Source: Ascoidea asiatica JCM 7603 (Eukaryota; Fungi; Ascomycota). From it: DNA of 64,000 nucleotides. The notes below the pieces were generated by a model. It saw nothing but the letters and a program-made list of their open reading frames with translations. It was not told where the DNA came from and searched no databases. Within the stretch, counting starts at the first letter, position 1. Every line of letters starts with the position of its first letter. Below, piece by piece: positions 57,942-64,000 of the stretch. The stretch covers positions 1,045,820-1,109,819 of the forward strand of contig BCKQ01000005.1 of the NCBI GenBank assembly GCA_001600695.1, written 5' to 3'. The position numbers were made by a program, and so were the translations under genes.

Positions 57942-58754
57942 TTATGCAGACAAGTGAAATATATAATTATCAATAGAATTTATAAATTTTTCATTATTTA
58001 TATATTCACCAGATTTAAAATCTATTGGAGATAATGGATTTTTAACAACAAAATTATTAAAAAAATAATTATAAATATTTTTTAAAATTAATTGCATATC
58101 TTCAATATTTGGATCAGTTAATAAACAAAATTTTAAACCTGATAAAGTTTCAAAATAATGAGCTCTATAATTTTTAGTTGAAAATGAATTTAAATAATTA
58201 TTTTTAAAATTTATATCATTATCATTAAGATAGTTATTTTCATTGTCATTACCACTAAGATTACCACTAAGATTATCTTCTTTATTATCTTCTTTATTAT
58301 TTGAGTTAGAAGTTGGAGAAGATATGGAATCTGAGATATTATTTGAAGTTAATTTTTTTGCTATGTTTCTTAAAGAGAATAAAGCACCAAATAATAATTT
58401 TGCAGAATCTATATCATTATTTGTATTTACTGTACCTCCACCAATTAATGTAAATTTTAAATTATCTATTAACTGATTTTGATTTTGATTTTGATTTTGA
58501 TTTGAATTTGAATTTGAATTTGAAGTTACATTTTGAGATTGAGATTGAGATTGAGATTGAGAATGATTTGTTAATTGAGATTGTGTTGATAATCTATTAT
58601 TTGAAAAATTTGTTAAATTTGGTAAATTTGATAAAATTGATAAAGTTAATAAATTTGAATTAACATTATTTGAAAGTTTTATAGAATTATCCCATTCTCT
58701 ATTATATATACAATTACAATGTTTATCAAATATCCAAAATGAATAAATTCCCAT
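57942..58754 (-). CDS. BET5: TRAPP core subunit Bet5 with low-complexity inserts
   Basis: MGIYSFWIFDKHCNCIY, AKLLFGALFSLR, YFETLSGLKFCLLTDP and VVKNPLSP. Confidence 0.9.
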   Translation of the reverse strand: MGIYSFWIFDKHCNCIYNREWDNSIKLSNNVNSNLLTLSILSNLPNLTNFSNNRLSTQSQLTNHSQSQSQSQSQNVTSNSNSNSNQNQNQNQNQLIDNLKFTLIGGGTVNTNNDIDSAKLLFGALFSLRNIAKKLTSNNISDSISSPTSNSNNKEDNKEDNLSGNLSGNDNENNYLNDNDINFKNNYLNSFSTKNYRAHYFETLSGLKFCLLTDPNIEDMQLILKNIYNYFFNNFVVKNPLSPIDFKSGEYINNEKFINSIDNYIFHLSA

Positions 58755-59785
58755 TTTTAAAAATTAATTAAACACTTATTTTCTTATTCTTTTATATTCA
58801 ATTCAATATACTTTCAATATACTTTTAATATACTTTTAATATTCATCAATTCACTCACTATTTTTTTTTCATTATTTAACTTACTTAACTAACTAACGTT
58901 ATTTAATAGAAATAACAGCACCGATGTGAAGAAAAAGAGACCAGATAAAAGGTACCTGTTCACGTGGCACTCTTTTTTTGTTTCGGGATTGCCTTCACAT
59001 AGAGGAAATAAACACTAGCCACAAATGTCTTTACTGGCGGTACTGCGGAGAACTTCGAGTGAAAAAGAAAAGAAAAGAAATGAAAAGAAAATGAAGAAAG
59101 AAGAAAGAAGAAGAGTGAAAAGAAAGAGAAGAAACAGAAGAAAACAGAATGAAAAAGAGAGAATTGAAAAAGAATTGAAATGGTTTTGATCTCTATAAGC
59201 ATTTTGTAGCGATAATATTTAAAATTCTTGAATTATTACTCAATTCAGATGAAATTAAGAATAAATTAAGAATAAATTAAGGCTCTTTATTCAAATTATC
59301 GAATTAAAAGTCATGAAAGATTTAATAAATAAGTAATAAGTAATAAGTAATAAGTAATAAGTAGTAAGTAATATATTCAATAGAATATAATATTATAATC
59401 TTATTTATTATATTATTAGGGAATTAAATAGTATAAATAGGTAAAGAATCCTGTAAATTTTATTAATTTCTTTGTCACTTGCTTATTATTTAATCATATT
59501 AATCATATTACATTTACTATTAGTTACTATTAGTTACTATTACATATTAAGATCTGTAATTAAAGTAAGCAACACACACACTTATTGAAATATAAAGTAT
59601 ATTTATTATACTCGTATAAATAACTATACTATCTATCTATACTGTATATCTATCTCTTTTATCACTTATCACTCACTATTATATTACTTATTATATAATA
59701 TATATTATAATCCTATATTAATATTATATCATATTATAATCAATCAAATATATTATTGAATACATTATATTAAATTATAATAAAA

Positions 59786-61099
59786 ATGAATTTTAATATA
59801 TCAAGTAAAGAAGCTGTTGAATTGGAAGAAAATTATTCTGCTCATAATTATCATCCATTACCAATTGTAATTGAAAAAGGTTTAGGTACAACAGTTTGGG
59901 ATCCAGAAGGTAAAAAATATTTAGATTTTTTATCTGCATATTCTGCTTTAAATCAAGGTCATTGTCATCCAAAAATTATAAATGCTTTAATTAATCAATC
60001 AAAAAAATTAACTTTAACTTCAAGAGCATTTTCAAATAATATTTTTGGACAATATTGTAAATATTTAAGTTTAACATTTAATTATGAAATGATTTTACCA
60101 ATGAATACAGGTGCAGAAGCTGTTGAAACAAGTTTAAAATTAGTTAGAAAATGGGCTTATTCAATTAAAAAAATTCCAAATAATGAAGCTTTAATATTAT
60201 CTGCAAAAAATAATTTTCATGGTAGAACTTTAGGTATTATTTCAATGTCATCAGATTTTGAAACAAAAAAAGAATTTGGTCCATTTTTAAATAAAAGTTT
60301 ATCATCAAAAATTCCTGATATTAATGGTAATCCAACTAAAAATTTTATAAGATTTGGTAAAATTGAAGATATTGAAGAAAGTTTTAAAAATTATGGTAAT
60401 AAAATTGCTGGAATTTTATTAGAACCAATTCAAGGTGAAGCTGGAATTATTGTACCACCAAAAGATTATTTTAAAAATGTTAAAAATTTATGTAAAAAAT
60501 ATAATATATTATTAATTTGTGATGAAATTCAAACTGGTATTGGAAGAACTGGAAAAATGTTATGTTATGAACATTTTTTAAATTCAAAAAATTTAAATGA
60601 AAAACCAGATATAATTTTATTAGGTAAAGCTCTTGGTGGTGGTGTATTACCAATATCTGCAGTTTTATCATCAAAAGAAATTATGTTAACAATAGAATCA
60701 GGTAGTCATGGTTCAACATTTGGTGGTAATCCATTAGCATGTAGAGTTGGTATTGAATCTTTAGAAGTTATAAAAAATGAAAATTTAATTAAAAATTCAG
60801 AAATTTTAGGTAATTTTTTTAAAAATGAATTAATTAAATTAAAAGAAAAAAGTAATAATATAATTTCTGAAGTTAGAGGTATTGGATTATTATTAGCAAT
60901 TGTTATAGATTCAAAAAAATTAAAATTAAATAAAACTGCTTGGGATTTATGTGTTAAAATGAAAGATTATGGAATTTTAGCAAAACCAACTCATGATCAT
61001 ATTATTAGATTAGCTCCACCTTTAATTATTACAAAAGATGAAATAATTTTTGGTATTAATGCAATTGAAAAAGCTATTAATGATTTAAAAAAAGATTAA
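59786..61099 (+). CDS. CAR2: Ornithine aminotransferase
   Basis: YSAHNYHPLP, MNTGAEAVE, EPIQGEAG, DEIQTGIGRTG and LGKALGGG (PLP Lys). Confidence 0.95.
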   Translation: MNFNISSKEAVELEENYSAHNYHPLPIVIEKGLGTTVWDPEGKKYLDFLSAYSALNQGHCHPKIINALINQSKKLTLTSRAFSNNIFGQYCKYLSLTFNYEMILPMNTGAEAVETSLKLVRKWAYSIKKIPNNEALILSAKNNFHGRTLGIISMSSDFETKKEFGPFLNKSLSSKIPDINGNPTKNFIRFGKIEDIEESFKNYGNKIAGILLEPIQGEAGIIVPPKDYFKNVKNLCKKYNILLICDEIQTGIGRTGKMLCYEHFLNSKNLNEKPDIILLGKALGGGVLPISAVLSSKEIMLTIESGSHGSTFGGNPLACRVGIESLEVIKNENLIKNSEILGNFFKNELIKLKEKSNNIISEVRGIGLLLAIVIDSKKLKLNKTAWDLCVKMKDYGILAKPTHDHIIRLAPPLIITKDEIIFGINAIEKAINDLKKD

Positions 61100-61883
61100 T
61101 TTAAAAATATAATTTTTTTAATATACTGTATAATCTAATATTCTGTATATTGTATATAATTTCTATATCGAGATTAAATTATAAATAATCCATTTTTATG
61201 GTATTGTATAGTATAATATAGTATATTATAAACATATATATGTCACATGATGCAGCACGAGACAGAATATTCAAAGAGCGTGTAAATGAAAAAAAAAATG
61301 CGTGAGAAACGAAAGAAATTAAAAACAGTAAAACGGACTTTTACACGGTGCAATCAGCAAGCAGAGATAAAGAAAAAAAAAAATGTGCGTAAGTGGCAAG
61401 ATCAGGTGATAGCTGGTGAAAGAAGGAAAGTGAGGCTGGCATTGAGGCTGGTGCTTGTATTGGTGCTTGTATGTTTGAGCTTGGCGAGGGTGACGACGTA
61501 GACGGTGACGGGGTAACCAGTCCCGCTGAAATAGGAAGTGTGTTTTTACCGAATGCAGAAAAACATCAACAGTGCCAGCGCATGTGCTGGCGGTTTAGTG
61601 CGCGGTACACAGCCAGCGCAGTGGGTCTCTTGCTCTGGCAGCAGGCCCCGCAGGCGCGCAGCAATCTCAATTTCGATCCAGCAAACACAATCCACCATAT
61701 CTAATAACGTTGGGGCTGAGAAATTTTGAAAATTGACTGGAACTGAACCAAATCAGCACAATTTGATCGAGAAAAGTTGATTCAAGTGCAGGAAAATAAA
61801 GACCATGCCAGAATATTAGCAGTAATTTATGATTATGATATCAAATATATTATTTATTGTGATAATATAATACTGTATATTAA

Positions 61884-61914
<31 letters not shown>

Positions 61915-63126
61915 ATATTAATATTAATATAAACAAATTATATGCCAGAAGCGTATTTAGTGCTTGTCTCAGATACTGTTCCTATTCCTTACCAGATCTC
62001 ATTTCTTTAGTCTTACAACAGGGATCAACCTCTTTCAATTCATTTATCTCTTTCAATTCAATTCAATTCAATTCAGTTCAATTCAATCCATATATTATTT
62101 CAACTAATTAATAAATAAACAATTGAATAATAATAATAATAATTATAAACAATAACAAGTACAAGATTAATAAATAAATAAATATAAATATAAATATAAA
62201 TAATAAATATAAATAATAAATAGTCCAGGATATCCAATCTGAAATTTTCAGTTTCATATTTCTTATTCTTCTTATAATATATATAGATAAAGATATTTTA
62301 ATATATATTGAAATATATATTGAAATTGAAATCAATATAATTATAGATATAAATAGTTATTTAAACACCCCTTGATCTCCATAATCTTTGTTTCTTTATT
62401 TCATATTTCATTCTATTCTATTCTATTCTTTACTCTTTTACTCATTCATTATCAATCTCAATATTATCCTCATCCTCAATATCATCCTCAATATCATCCT
62501 CAATCTCAATATCAATATTTCATTATTCATACTTATAATCCAATACTCTTAATCAAATCCAATTCATCATTCATTCAATAAATTAATCAATTATAATATA
62601 ATATAATATAATATAATTTAATATAATATAATATAATATAAATTGAAGAATAAAGAATCAAATATATTCAAATATATTTCAAATCACTTCATATATAATA
62701 TACTTTAATATTTCATTCACTCCGTTTCTTTTCTTTTTATTCTATTTTTTGCAGCCTTTAAATACTAAACACTAAATACTAAATATTATTACTAAATATT
62801 ATTACTAAATATTACTTTATCAAAAAAGAAGTCAAATTAAATCAAATTTTAAACTCCTTCAATATCATTATTTCTTTAACTTTATCCCTTAATTTGAAAA
62901 AAAAAAAAGATTAAAAAAAGATTTATTACTCTGATCTAACTACCCTTCACATTTATTATTCAATTTTTATATTCTTATTCTTATTTATATCTAATATCTA
63001 ATATCTAATATCGAATATCGAATATATCGAATATATATTATCTTATATACATATAATCATTTGAAAAAATATAATATAAGTCATAAATAATATAATAATA
63101 TAATATAATAATAGAAACTTATAAAA

Positions 63127-63177
63127 ATGGCTAGTTTAATAGCTATTTCTTCTTCATCATCTTCGAATCAAAATGAA

Positions 63178-63236
<59 letters not shown>

Positions 63237-63447
63237 TTTAAAAAATGATAAAAAAAGAAAAAGATCAAATTCAACTAATAATTCAATCCCTAATTCAATG
63301 AATAATCAAATTAATAATCCAATGAATATTCAATTTCCAAAAAAATTAAAATTAAATAATAATAAACCTTTAAAAAAATTAAAAAATTATAATTTATCTT
63401 CAATCTCAAATATTAATCAATTTAATAATACAAATATTAATATTAAT

Positions 63448-63483
<36 letters not shown>

Positions 63484-64000
63484 ATTACTAATTCAAATAT
63501 GAATTATAATTATAATTCAAATAAAAAAATTAATTTATTAACTCCTCCAAATTCATCTTCTGATTCAATTGATGATCCATTATCTTCTTCTCCAATTCAA
63601 TTAAAACCTTCTTTAAACTCACTTAATTCAATCATTTCAACAAATAGTAACATCACTCATATTAATAATAATATGAATATTAATATTAATAATAATAATA
63701 GTAATACTAATCAATTTAACAATAATGTTAATTATCAAATTCAAAATCAAAATCAAAATTATATTAATTTAAAAAAATTAAATTCTACAAATTTAAATCA
63801 TTCTTTAAATTATTTCGATACAATGCCATTAAAATCAAATTTATATTATCATTTAAATAAAACTACCACCATTAATAATAATCATAAAGATGAAAATGAA
63901 ACTGAATCTGATAATGATAATGATAATGATGATAATAATGACAATAATAATAACAATAACAATAATATTGAAAAAAATATTGATTATTATAATAATTTTG
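63127..64000 (+). CDS. 5' part of an Asn-rich protein truncated by the window end
   Basis: AAAATGG start; no stop seen up to the window end. Poly-Asn, NLS-like KKRKR and LTPP. No folded domain visible. Confidence 0.7.

Noticed and set aside
26449-58476. Numerous antisense or shadow ORFs inside MBP1, MRE11, TYE7, TMA23, PRP24 and BET5
   Set aside because: Expected reverse-frame artefacts of repetitive, biased codons
59035-59042. URS1-like TGGCGGTA upstream of CAR2
   Set aside because: Does not match the GGCGGC core; single imperfect site

Overview
Very AT-rich, microsatellite-laden eukaryotic DNA from a budding yeast (Saccharomycotina). This is shown by GTATGT/TACTAAC introns and yeast-type orthologs; the style is reminiscent of Ascoidea, but that is an inference. 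The window holds about 24 protein-coding genes: a TRAPPC12-like ORF, a spliced FHA-forkhead factor (FKH1/2), LSM8, MDE1, PPH3, NUP188, RRG7, a fungal ubiquitin-like-domain protein, sphingolipid C9-methyltransferase, ABZ2, MBP1, two divergent Ctr copper transporters, MRE11, CUS1, a spliced HSBP1-like gene missed by the ORF track, IRC19, PFK1, TYE7, TMA23, a long PRP24/SART3, an alpha/beta hydrolase, BET5, CAR2 and a truncated Asn-rich ORF. Four main non-obvious observations: (1) an snR48-like C/D snoRNA inside a canonical intron of an apparently non-coding host; (2) a head-to-head PFK1/TYE7 pair with a perfect Gal4-type CGG-N11-CCG site between them; (3) a head-to-head Ctr pair sharing four identical Mac1-type elements; (4) a forkhead gene whose intron carries forkhead motifs. 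No tRNA, rRNA, transposon or CRISPR was recognised. All family assignments are from motif recall, not from database searches.
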